Assembly: GCA_003558335.1 (NCBI GenBank)
Contig: PWMA01000144.1
Span: 1 to 37,985, forward strand
Direction of reading: 5' to 3'
From: Candidatus Methanofastidiosia archaeon
GTDB taxonomy: Archaea > Methanobacteriota_B > Thermococci > Methanofastidiosales > Methanofastidiosaceae
Length of the DNA: 37,985 bases
Under the pieces are notes generated by a model that saw only the letters and a program-made list of their open reading frames with translations, ran no database searches and was not told where the DNA came from. A program made the translations under genes and the position numbers. Each line of letters begins with the position of its first letter. Position 1 is the first letter of the stretch. Below are positions 19,552 to 28,282 of this stretch, piece after piece.

Positions 19552-20312
19552 AGAAGAAAAAATATGCTTTAGAATGTAAAAACTTAAATCTATGGTATGG
19601 AGAGAACCAAGCTCTTTATGATATTTCTATGAAAGTAATAAAAAATAAAGTAACAGCTCTTATTGGACCATCAGGTTGTGGGAAATCAACCTTAATACGC
19701 TGCTTTAATAGAATGAATGATACTATCGACGAATGTAAAGTTGATGCAGAATTAATCTTTAATAATGAGAATATATATAGCTCTAATGCCGATGTTGTAA
19801 AAATAAGAAGAAAAATTGGAATGGTTTTCCAAAAACCAAATCCTTTTCCAAAATCAATCTATGAAAACATAGCATATGGGCCAAGAACACACGGTGAAAG
19901 AAAAAAAGAAAAACTGGATAAAATTGTAAAAAAAAGCCTTGAAGCAGCAGCCCTTTGGGACGAAGTAAAGGACAGATTGCAAAAATCTGCAATGGGACTT
20001 TCTGGAGGGCAGCAACAAAGACTATGTATTGCAAGGGCATTGGCCGTAGAACCAGATATGATACTGATGGACGAGCCTTGTTCTGCACTTGATCCAATAG
20101 CAACAACTAAGATCGAAGATTTAATTGATGAGTTAAAGAAAGACTATACTGTTGTAATAGTAACACATAATATGCAACAGGCTGCGAGAATAAGTGATTA
20201 TACAGGTTTTATGTATTTGGGAAAACTTATAGAATTTGGAGAAACCCGAAAGATATTTGAGAATCCCGATGAAGAATTAACAGAGAAGTATATAATGGGT
20301 AGATTTGGATAG
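19548..20312 (+). CDS. pstB: Phosphate ABC transporter ATP-binding protein
   Basis: [41 protein letters not shown] end. ATG 19548 overlaps the upstream TGA (ATGA). Confidence 0.95.
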   Translation: MKKKKYALECKNLNLWYGENQALYDISMKVIKNKVTALIGPSGCGKSTLIRCFNRMNDTIDECKVDAELIFNNENIYSSNADVVKIRRKIGMVFQKPNPFPKSIYENIAYGPRTHGERKKEKLDKIVKKSLEAAALWDEVKDRLQKSAMGLSGGQQQRLCIARALAVEPDMILMDEPCSALDPIATTKIEDLIDELKKDYTVVIVTHNMQQAARISDYTGFMYLGKLIEFGETRKIFENPDEELTEKYIMGRFG

Positions 20313-20322
20313 GTTGAGATAA

Positions 20323-20973
20323 ATGACACAAAGATTTGTTCAAGAATTAAAAAAGCTTAAATCTGATGTATTGGATATGGCTAATCTTTCTAAAGAAATG
20401 CTAAACGAATCAATAGAAGCCCTTAAAACTCAAGATGTTTCTGTTGCTGAAAAAGTAATTAGCCAAAGGAAAGATATTAGGGTGTACGACAATCAAATTG
20501 AAGACGACGCAAAAAGATTAATAGCACTTTATCAACCGGTTGCAAAAGATTTACGCACTATAATAACAATTTTGAAGATGAATACGTATCTAACAAGAAT
20601 AGGAATATACTCAAAAGATATATCTAGAGATATTAAGGCAATTCCAAAAGATAATGGATTTCCTAGATTGAAAAGTATATGTTTAATGGGAGATCTTGTT
20701 TTAGATATGTTAGACGATGTAATCAAAGCCTATGAAACAGAGGATTTGTCTCTTATTGAAGATATGGGAAAAAGAGATGATACAGTAGATGATCTTTTTT
20801 TTACAATACTAAGAGAGTGTATATCTTACATGATTGAAAATCCTAACTCAATAGGATTTTATACTCACTACATGCTTATGGCAAGATATCTTGAAAGATG
20901 TGGCGACCATGTTTGTAAAATTTCAGAAAAGCTAAACTATATGATAACCGGTGAAAGAATAATTATTAAGTAA
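20323..20973 (+). CDS. phoU: Phosphate signalling protein PhoU
   Basis: ALYQPVAKDLR, DD.VD, RYLERCGDH; last gene of the pst operon. Confidence 0.92.
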   Translation: MTQRFVQELKKLKSDVLDMANLSKEMLNESIEALKTQDVSVAEKVISQRKDIRVYDNQIEDDAKRLIALYQPVAKDLRTIITILKMNTYLTRIGIYSKDISRDIKAIPKDNGFPRLKSICLMGDLVLDMLDDVIKAYETEDLSLIEDMGKRDDTVDDLFFTILRECISYMIENPNSIGFYTHYMLMARYLERCGDHVCKISEKLNYMITGERIIIK

Positions 20974-21019
20974 TATAAACGAAAATCTTATAAGATATAT
21001 ACCTAAAGATGCAAATATT

Positions 21020-21097
21020 GGGGTCGTAGGGTAGCTTGGCCCATCCTTCGAGCTTTGGGAGCTTGGGACCTGAGTTCAAATCTCAGCGACCCCACCA
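21020..21097 (+). tRNA. tRNA-Pro (TGG), intron-less, CCA encoded
   Basis: Acceptor GGGGTCG/CGACCCC, anticodon arm CGAGC-TTTGGGA-GCTTG, T arm CTGAG-TTCAAAT-CTCAG, then A-CCA. BRE/TATA AACGAAAATCTTATAAG at ~20978-20994. Confidence 0.97.
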
Positions 21098-21170
21098 CTT
21101 TAGGAGCGGCAGATATAATACATACTAATACTTAATCTTAAAATTAGATATTTTTTTAAAGCGTTGTTCC

Positions 21171-21187
21171 ACCGAAACTCTTAAATA
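21171..21187 (+). promoter_or_regulatory. BRE + TATA box for citrate synthase
   Basis: ACCGAAACTCTTAAATA; RBS AGGTG precedes ATG 21257. Confidence 0.55.
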
Positions 21188-21256
21188 TAAAACATTAGAA
21201 TAAAAAAATAGAGAATAATAGACATATGTAAAGATTTTTATTATGTAGGTGTTTAA

Positions 21257-22591
21257 ATGTTTGACAAACTTGTTAACTATGCCGAGACGAATAATCAAAT
21301 TGATCCTAATCTTTATACGAGATTTGATGTTAAAAGAGGATTGAGAAATGATGATGGGAGCGGTGTCTTAGTTGGATTAACCAAGATCTCCGACGTAACT
21401 GGATATGAAAAAAAAGAGGGGGTATTCACGCCTCTTCCAGGTAGACTTGCATACAGGGGAATTAAAATTGAAGATATAGTCGATGCAATTTCGAAAGAAA
21501 ATAGACATGGATTTGAAGAAATTATTTTTCTCCTACTTTTTGGAAAGTTACCTACGCGAGATGAGTTAGAGTATTTCAATGAATTGCTTGTTAACAATAG
21601 AGACTTAGCAGGTAATTTTACTAACGATGTAATACTTCATTTTCCAAGTAACGACATAATGAATAAACTTGCAAGAAGTGTTTTGGTTCTCTATGCATTG
21701 GATAAAAAAGCAGACGATACAAGAATTGAAAATGTACTGAGACAAAGCGTTGGATTGATTGCTAAGTTTCCCGCAATAGTTGCTTATGCTTATCATGCCA
21801 GAAGACATTATTTTAAAGATAAAGATCTTATCCTTAGGCATCAAAATCCAGACTACTCAGCGGCAGAAAATTTTCTTTATATGTTAAGAGAAGATGGTAA
21901 TTTTACTAAATTAGAAGCCGATACTCTTGATATCCTTTTGATCTTACATGCAGAGCATGGAGGAGGTAACAACTCTTCATTTACAGTTCATGTAGTAACT
22001 TCTTCGGGAACTGATACTTATTCTGCAATTTCTGCAGCCATAGGATCCTTAAAAGGCCCTTTGCACGGAGGGGCAAATAAAAGTGTCATTTCAATGATGA
22101 AGGACATTAAAAATAATGTCCGTGATTGGGAAAACGAAGAAGAGGTAAAAGATTACCTAAAAAAGATACTTGAAAGAAAGGCTTTTGATGGAAAAGGTGT
22201 TCTTTATGGGCTTGGACACGCTGTTTACACGCAATCAGATCCAAGAACTGTAATTCTTAAGAAAAAAGCGAAAGAACTTGCAAAGGATAAAAAAAAGATG
22301 GACGAATTCAAACTTTATGAAACTATAGAACATTTGGGCCCTGAAGTTTTCCAAGAAGTAAAAAAATCAAATAAGACAATAACTGCAAACGTTGATTTTT
22401 ACTCTGGATTTGTTTACAAATGCCTTGACATCCCTAAAGAGCTTTATACTCCATTATTTGCCATGGGCAGAATATCTGGATGGTGCTCTCATAGGATTGA
22501 AGAGTTGACGTCAGGCAGGAAAATTATTAGGCCTGCATATGCCCATGTTGGTACATTCCTAGAATATACAGAAATAGATAAGAGGATTTAA
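21257..22591 (+). CDS. Citrate synthase / 2-methylcitrate synthase family (Si-type)
   Basis: HAEHG, GPLHGGAN, GLGHAVY...DPR, NVDFYS, IIRP. The N-terminal KRGLRN.DG.GVL.GLT resembles Firmicutes-type enzymes. Confidence 0.9.
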   Translation: MFDKLVNYAETNNQIDPNLYTRFDVKRGLRNDDGSGVLVGLTKISDVTGYEKKEGVFTPLPGRLAYRGIKIEDIVDAISKENRHGFEEIIFLLLFGKLPTRDELEYFNELLVNNRDLAGNFTNDVILHFPSNDIMNKLARSVLVLYALDKKADDTRIENVLRQSVGLIAKFPAIVAYAYHARRHYFKDKDLILRHQNPDYSAAENFLYMLREDGNFTKLEADTLDILLILHAEHGGGNNSSFTVHVVTSSGTDTYSAISAAIGSLKGPLHGGANKSVISMMKDIKNNVRDWENEEEVKDYLKKILERKAFDGKGVLYGLGHAVYTQSDPRTVILKKKAKELAKDKKKMDEFKLYETIEHLGPEVFQEVKKSNKTITANVDFYSGFVYKCLDIPKELYTPLFAMGRISGWCSHRIEELTSGRKIIRPAYAHVGTFLEYTEIDKRI

Positions 22592-22628
22592 ATCCTCAAT
22601 ATATTTTTTAGTAATATTCTAGTTATTT

Positions 22629-24044
22629 TTAAAGATGGAATCTTACACACTTTATTTCAGTCATCTCTTCAACTGCATATTTAGGTCCTTCTCTGCCATA
22701 ACCTGAACCTTTAACTCCACCATAAGGCATCAAATCAACTCTGTATGTTGGAACATCGTTTATCATGACTCCTCCTACATCAAGATTATCAATGGCATAG
22801 TATGCATTTTTTAAATCTTGAGTAAATACGCCCGCTTGAAGTCCATATATAGAATTATTTAATTTACTTACAGCTTCTTTAAAATCTTTAAACGGTATTA
22901 GTGCAATAGTTGGACCAAATGTTTCTTCCTTTACTATTTTCATTTCTTCATTCACATTTTCTATAACAGCTGGCTTTAAGATTAGACCTTCTCTTTCCCC
23001 ACCACAGAGAATATTTGCACCTTCAGATTTAGCTTCATCTAACCATGATTTGAGTCTTGCTATTTCTTTTTCGTCAATCATTGGTCCAATATCGGTAGCT
23101 GATTCAAGAGGATCACCAATAACAAGATTATTTGCAACATCAACAAGCTTTCTCTTAAATTCTTCATAGATACTTTCATGCACGTAAGCTCTTTGACAAT
23201 GAATACAAACTTGCCCAGAATAACCAAAAGCGCCCACTTTTACAGCGGAAACTGCCTTATCAATATCGGTATCTTCATCGATTATTACTCCAGAATTAGA
23301 TCCCAGTTCCATTGAAAGCTTTTTTAAACCGGCATTAGTTGCAATTTTTTCTCCTATAATTTTGCTTCCTGTAAATGTAATTTTTCTAATCAATTTATTC
23401 TTAACAAGATAAGTTTCTGTATATTCGGCAGAACAAATAACTATATTCAAGGCTTCCTTCGGCAAACCTGCTTCCAGCATAATTTCTCCCAAAATTAGTG
23501 AAGTCAAAGGAGTTTTTGATGCAGGTTTGTGTATTACACTATTTCCTGCTGCTATTGCAGGACCTATTTTATGGCATACAAGGTTTAAAGGAAAATTAAA
23601 TGGAGTAATAGATAATACAATTCCCACTGGAACTCTTATATAAAAGCAATATTTGTCAGAGCTTGTAGGTGCAGCATCAAAAGGTATTACTTCTCCTCCA
23701 AGCCTTTTTGCTTCCTCTGCAGATAACACTATAGTTTCATGAGCTCTTGATACTTCGCCTCTAGCAAAAGAAATAGGTTTCCCACTTTCTAATGCTATTG
23801 TCTTGGCAATCTCATCTTTTCTTTTTAGCATTAATTCTGCTGTTTTTGAAAGAATTTCATATCTTTTATAGCGACTAAGTTCTTTCATAGTCTTGCTGCC
23901 TCTGACTGCCGATTCAACTGCTTCCTTCAGGTGCTCTGAAGATTCTTTAGATACTTTATCTATTGGTGTTCCTGTATAGGGATTTATTATATCTATGTAA
24001 TTTTTAGTATCAATCCATTTTCCGCCAACTAAAATTTTTTTCAT
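22629..24044 (-). CDS. NAD(P)-dependent aldehyde dehydrogenase (lactaldehyde-DH/GAPN-like)
   Basis: ITPFNFP, KPA, FTGS, MELG, GQVC (catalytic Cys), EETFGP, PYGGVK.SG.GREG. ATG 24044. Confidence 0.9.
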   Translation of the reverse strand: MKKILVGGKWIDTKNYIDIINPYTGTPIDKVSKESSEHLKEAVESAVRGSKTMKELSRYKRYEILSKTAELMLKRKDEIAKTIALESGKPISFARGEVSRAHETIVLSAEEAKRLGGEVIPFDAAPTSSDKYCFYIRVPVGIVLSITPFNFPLNLVCHKIGPAIAAGNSVIHKPASKTPLTSLILGEIMLEAGLPKEALNIVICSAEYTETYLVKNKLIRKITFTGSKIIGEKIATNAGLKKLSMELGSNSGVIIDEDTDIDKAVSAVKVGAFGYSGQVCIHCQRAYVHESIYEEFKRKLVDVANNLVIGDPLESATDIGPMIDEKEIARLKSWLDEAKSEGANILCGGEREGLILKPAVIENVNEEMKIVKEETFGPTIALIPFKDFKEAVSKLNNSIYGLQAGVFTQDLKNAYYAIDNLDVGGVMINDVPTYRVDLMPYGGVKGSGYGREGPKYAVEEMTEIKCVRFHL

Positions 24045-24097
24045 GGGACTCAATTTTATTATATTTTTTTCTATTTTAAAGGTTTATGTGGTTTTCT

Positions 24098-24128
24098 AAT
24101 AATGATAATCAATATTAGTTTCATTATC
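24098..24128. promoter_or_regulatory. Candidate operator: Fur-box-like hexamer array and inverted repeat
   Basis: 24098-24116 AATAATGATAATCAATATT matches GATAATGATAATCATTATC at 16/19. Perfect inverted repeat ATAATGA-N15-TCATTAT (24099-24127). Confidence 0.4.
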
Positions 24129-24142
24129 TATTAACATTATTG

Positions 24143-24159
24143 ACCGAAAGATTTATATA
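24143..24159 (+). promoter_or_regulatory. BRE + TATA box with no downstream annotated gene
   Basis: ACCGAAAGATTTATATA; predicted start near 24183. Confidence 0.7.
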
Positions 24160-24182
24160 TTAGTTAATACAATAATTAGTTA

Positions 24183-24340
24183 GTGATAGTTGTCGGCATC
24201 AACTGTCACATATCAACAACGCAAAAAATGTCTCTTGCTGTGGAAATGCATGCGATTTTACTCGGCAAAGGCATAAGGAGCTCCTAAAGGATCCCCTCCT
24301 TTTTTCCTGAAAATGGACCCTCGGAGGGGATTCCCAACAT
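24183..24340 (+). ncRNA. Candidate structured small RNA (three hairpins), family not recognised
   Basis: GC-richer island after a canonical promoter, with hairpins at 24183-24209, 24228-24274 and 24289-24333 containing several G-U pairs, followed by a T-rich tract. Confidence 0.6.
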
Positions 24341-24347
24341 TTCTATT

Positions 24348-25391
24348 TTATAATATTACTCTTTCATAATCCATTTTACCTATGCCTATTTTTTCTCCTT
24401 CAATAGTTTGTATTTCTGGATCAGGCCTCCCATCTATCATAAAAGTACTTTTATTGACATCATCTAAAAAAGCTTTATCAGCTGCAACTATGTCATCTGA
24501 TAGATATATTCCTGTATTCTTTCCAATAGTTCTTCCAGGAAACGGCATACAATCACAATACTCTACAATATTTGCGCCCCAATTAATTGATCTCACATTT
24601 TCCTTTCCCAGCACTTTATAAATACCTTCAACTGCCAATGGAAGAACTTGTGCAATTTTTTCAAGCTCTTCTAGTTTTATAGCACCTCTTGAACAAGCTT
24701 CCATACAAGCTGGGCAATGCATACAATCTTCTCTTTTTTCAAGAGAAAGATTTCTTTTACCATTTTCCATTAGAGGTATTTCTCTATCACAAACATCTTT
24801 ACAGGCATCACACCCATCACAAAGAGCATCATTATAACAAAATTTGACAACTTTGTGCATGTCCAGTTTTGATTTTTTAGTGACGCATCCCATAGCAACG
24901 TTTTTTATTGAGCCACCAAATCCTGTTAATCCATGTCCTTTACAATGACTAAACACAATCATCTTATCCACCTCTCTAAAAAGATTTGGAACAAATAATT
25001 CATTTAAAGGACTTCTAACTTTAACTGAAAATCCCTTATCATCTCCTAATCCATCTGCAACAATAAAAGGTGCACCGATATTTGCAAAAGAAAAACCGTG
25101 ATAAAAGGCATTTTTTAACATACCCACCGCAGAAAATCTGTGGCCACAATAATACGTTGTCGTATCTGTAAGGAAAGGCTCACAATCTTTTTCTAGAAGT
25201 GCAGATACTAGCCCCTTAATATAAAGTGGATGAACATGAGCAAAATTCTTATACTCGCCTATATGCAGTTTAATCGCAATTCTATCATCTTTTTCTATAT
25301 TATCTAAAAAGTTACTTTTTCTCAAGATTTTATTAAATTTATCAACCATCTCTAAGTCGTTTCTCCAAGGGGTATAGTATACTTTTGACAT
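24348..25391 (-). CDS. DUF362-family Fe-S protein with ferredoxin insert
   Basis: AIKLH.GE, LTDTTT.Y, ADGL, SH.KGH..TGFGG.IKN..MGC, two CxxCxxCxxxC motifs, CDC, D.VA.D. Confidence 0.88.
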   Translation of the reverse strand: MSKVYYTPWRNDLEMVDKFNKILRKSNFLDNIEKDDRIAIKLHIGEYKNFAHVHPLYIKGLVSALLEKDCEPFLTDTTTYYCGHRFSAVGMLKNAFYHGFSFANIGAPFIVADGLGDDKGFSVKVRSPLNELFVPNLFREVDKMIVFSHCKGHGLTGFGGSIKNVAMGCVTKKSKLDMHKVVKFCYNDALCDGCDACKDVCDREIPLMENGKRNLSLEKREDCMHCPACMEACSRGAIKLEELEKIAQVLPLAVEGIYKVLGKENVRSINWGANIVEYCDCMPFPGRTIGKNTGIYLSDDIVAADKAFLDDVNKSTFMIDGRPDPEIQTIEGEKIGIGKMDYERVIL

Positions 25392-25476
25392 ATAAGTTTA
25401 AACTCCTACCTATTTTTATCATTTATCTCCGCTTTTCAACGATAATTTTATATATTTATATTCGTTATTTAACTAT

Positions 25477-26184
25477 ATGTTTGAAGATGCAAAGGAGCAG
25501 CTTGCTAAGATGATAGCTGGCGAAGTTGTTCTATCAGATGATCCAGGCCAAACATTAAGAAAATGGCGCGAGATTTTTGGCATATCTCAAACTGACTTAG
25601 CCCATCATTTGTCCATTTCCCCTTCTGTTGTAAGTGATTATGAAGGTGGAAGAAGAAAATCTCCTGGAGCTTCAACAATTAGAAAAGTTGTTGAAAGATT
25701 AATAGACATTGATATTGAGAGGGGGGGAAAGATAATTCACTCGTTTAGTCATCGATTTGCTAAAGATGTAATAAACGATGTGGTATTAGATCTTAAAGAA
25801 TTTTCTGTTCCAATATCTCCAAAAAAATTAATTGATGCTGTTCAAGGAAGTATTTTAGTAAATGAAGAATACTTGAGTAAAGAGATTCATGGATATACTG
25901 TTATTGATAGTATTAATGCTATACTTAATCTAAACTCTGAAGAATTTCTTAAACTCTATGGAGTCTCTTCAGAAAGAGCTTTAGTATTTACGAAAGTATC
26001 TTCTGGAAGATCTCCTATGATTGCAATTAAAGTACAAGGAATAATTCCATCATTAGTTGTGCTACATGGAACAAAAAAAATAGATGAAATTGCAATTCAA
26101 TTAGCCGAATTACAAAAAATACCTTTGGTCTTGTCCCCCATAGAAAATCTTGAAGATTTATTGCTTGGATTAAGATCATTATAA
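25477..26184 (+). CDS. Archaeal XRE-family HTH transcriptional regulator (COG1709-like)
   Basis: IAGE..LSD.PG.TLRKWRE.F..SQ..LA, SDYE.GRRKSPG, GYTVIDS, RAL.FT.V..GRSPM. Confidence 0.85.
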   Translation: MFEDAKEQLAKMIAGEVVLSDDPGQTLRKWREIFGISQTDLAHHLSISPSVVSDYEGGRRKSPGASTIRKVVERLIDIDIERGGKIIHSFSHRFAKDVINDVVLDLKEFSVPISPKKLIDAVQGSILVNEEYLSKEIHGYTVIDSINAILNLNSEEFLKLYGVSSERALVFTKVSSGRSPMIAIKVQGIIPSLVVLHGTKKIDEIAIQLAELQKIPLVLSPIENLEDLLLGLRSL

Positions 26185-26185
26185 T

Positions 26186-27424
26186 CTACATTTTATACCT
26201 AGCAATTGCAGCGATTCCTCCGAAAGCTTTTAACAGCTGATTACCTTCTTCAGTTTCCGTAGAAATAACTTCCACAGTAGAACTTCCTTCTTCGGCCAAA
26301 TCTGCTAGCTCTTCCAAAAGATCTACCTTTTCATCTATACTTAAACTTAGATTTGAGCAGCTTTCACACTGGATATTTGAAAGTCGTTGCTCTAATTTGA
26401 ATATATCTTCATCTGTGCCGGTTTTTTCTATAATGTTTTCGCATGATCCACACTTTATTTTTACTCTGTTTTTGTTTAATCCTTCTGAAAGTAGCAACGT
26501 ATCCACAGCCCCAGATTCTAAATACCTTCTAACCTCTTTTTCACCATAAACGGCTAGACTATCATCTTTAATCAATTCTTTAAGAAACCCTGTAACAATA
26601 TCTTTTTCCTTTGTTATATCTAAATTTTCCAAGATTTTCGATCCTTTGTCTACAAGTTCATTTAGTCCAAAAAGCTCTGTGTATGATGTGTCAACTGTAC
26701 CCAATATTTTTTTCTTAAGTTCGTGGTGCAAATAATCTCCTTCTTGGAATTCATATTTGGTATAACCGCCACCACCAATTAAGATACCTTCAAGATTTGA
26801 TTCTGCTAAAAAAATTTCATTTGCAGCTTCACCCATAGAATCTTTAAAGTCATCGGCTGCAATTTCTCTTAATCTTGCAAATCTGACTGAAGACTGACCT
26901 CCAGCTCTAAATTTTCCAGGCACTCTTGAAACTTTATGCTTAACCAATTCTACATTTTTCCCTCTAAGTAAACCTATACTTGCCTCTCCTCTTTCAATAA
27001 TTATTAGGCCAAAGACTCTCTTGTCCTCTATCATATCCATTAAAGGATCAAGTATAAATTGCTGATCACATCTATAAATTCTAACTGATATTGGTTCAGG
27101 AGGTTCAATTGCAAAGAGTTCTATTTTAGAATTGCCTTCATCTTCTGAGATGTCTCCTGAAAATATGATAAGGCCATTGGGCGGTGTTGTCTTATATAAT
27201 TTCAAATGTTGCATTACCCTCTCCAAAGCTGAAAGAACATTTTTTCTTGTCCCTTTGGACTTTATGTTTGTTGCAGTACCTTGTTCGTCTTTGATCTGTG
27301 CAACTACTTTTGATATTTCGTATCCTGCAGGGATATATACTGTAACAAGTTCAGTATGGCGACCTCTAATTTTTGAAAGGAACTTCAGTTGTTTTTTGAA
27401 TTCATAGAACTCTTTTTTGTCCAT
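26186..27424 (-). CDS. prf1: Peptide chain release factor aRF1
   Basis: G..TEL..VYIP, NIKS, YRCD, GGQS. The likely start is ATG 27424 (MDKKEFYEF), not 27472. Confidence 0.96.
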   Translation of the reverse strand: MDKKEFYEFKKQLKFLSKIRGRHTELVTVYIPAGYEISKVVAQIKDEQGTATNIKSKGTRKNVLSALERVMQHLKLYKTTPPNGLIIFSGDISEDEGNSKIELFAIEPPEPISVRIYRCDQQFILDPLMDMIEDKRVFGLIIIERGEASIGLLRGKNVELVKHKVSRVPGKFRAGGQSSVRFARLREIAADDFKDSMGEAANEIFLAESNLEGILIGGGGYTKYEFQEGDYLHHELKKKILGTVDTSYTELFGLNELVDKGSKILENLDITKEKDIVTGFLKELIKDDSLAVYGEKEVRRYLESGAVDTLLLSEGLNKNRVKIKCGSCENIIEKTGTDEDIFKLEQRLSNIQCESCSNLSLSIDEKVDLLEELADLAEEGSSTVEVISTETEEGNQLLKAFGGIAAIARYKM

Positions 27425-27487
27425 ATCAAAAAAATTATGGAAAATATTTAAAAGTGTTCCTGCCTCTTGCATTAATAAAGTGGTCTA

Positions 27488-28282
27488 ATGAAAAAACAAG
27501 TTTTCATGGAAATCTACAAAGCTTTGAATACAAGAGATGACGTCCCAGAGGTATCTCGTAAGTATGGTGTAGAAGAAGATGTTTTACTTTCAATACTCTC
27601 GCAAAAAACTGTTAGAAACGTCAAAAAAGATTATTATCCTATAATGAATAGAATTCGAGAACTTTCAAGATTGTGGGACAAAGGACTTTCTTTCTATGAT
27701 ATATCTTCTAAACTATCCTTTTCCCCTATTCTAATTGCAACTATGATCCTTAAAGAAAAAGGCCACTCTAAAAAAGATGTGAAAAATTTTCTTCATAATC
27801 CAGAATCGATTCAAGATGAAAGAATTAAAAATGAAATATTAAAAGCTATAGAAGTGGACATAGCATATTCTCCTGAGTCTTCAAAGATACAAAGAGAAAA
27901 TGGTCAAAAAGGAGAAGAAATGTTAAAAAAATATTTAGATGAAAAAGAAATTCAGTTTTTAAGAGAAGAAGATCTAAGAAAGATGGGATCAGGTAAAACT
28001 CCCGACTTTCTATTAAAAAAACCTATTAAGATTAGAGGAAGAAAGGTTTTTTGGTTTGAAAGCAAAGCTAGTTTTTGTGATTATATTGAATTTAGGCAAG
28101 ACTATAATAAACAATTAAAACACTATGTTTCTCTTTTCGGCCCAGGTATAGTAGTTTACTGGAAAGGATTTATTGATGATATTATAACTGACAAAAGAGT
28201 GTTAGTGGTTGATACCACATTCTTTGAAAAAAATTTTACCTCTTTTGAATATATAGAGAAGGCTCATACTGGTATCTCATAG
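27488..28282 (+). CDS. CDIN1/C15orf41-like (TPD domain) PD-(D/E)xK nuclease-fold protein
   Basis: Helical N-terminus, then G..GE, E..LR..G..KTPDF, WFESKASF, Q...Y...FGPG.V.YW.GF. Confidence 0.8.
   Translation: MKKQVFMEIYKALNTRDDVPEVSRKYGVEEDVLLSILSQKTVRNVKKDYYPIMNRIRELSRLWDKGLSFYDISSKLSFSPILIATMILKEKGHSKKDVKNFLHNPESIQDERIKNEILKAIEVDIAYSPESSKIQRENGQKGEEMLKKYLDEKEIQFLREEDLRKMGSGKTPDFLLKKPIKIRGRKVFWFESKASFCDYIEFRQDYNKQLKHYVSLFGPGIVVYWKGFIDDIITDKRVLVVDTTFFEKNFTSFEYIEKAHTGIS

Noticed and set aside
24289..24333. Hairpin as merely the terminator of the minus-strand DUF362 gene
   Set aside because: It cannot be excluded as a second role, but it does not explain the + strand promoter or the two other hairpins, and archaeal terminators are mainly U-tracts.
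21020..24340. Integrated element or genomic island at tRNA-Pro
   Set aside because: No integrase or transposase, and I saw no second copy of the tRNA 3' end in the window.
24183..24340. SRP RNA, RNase P RNA, C/D box guide or known riboswitch
   Set aside because: Too short for archaeal SRP or RNase P RNA, no RTGATGA C box, and no riboswitch core that I recognise on either strand.
27425..27472. 16-aa N-terminal extension of aRF1
   Set aside because: It would leave only 15 nt to the divergent gene, and the aRF1-like sequence begins at ATG 27424.
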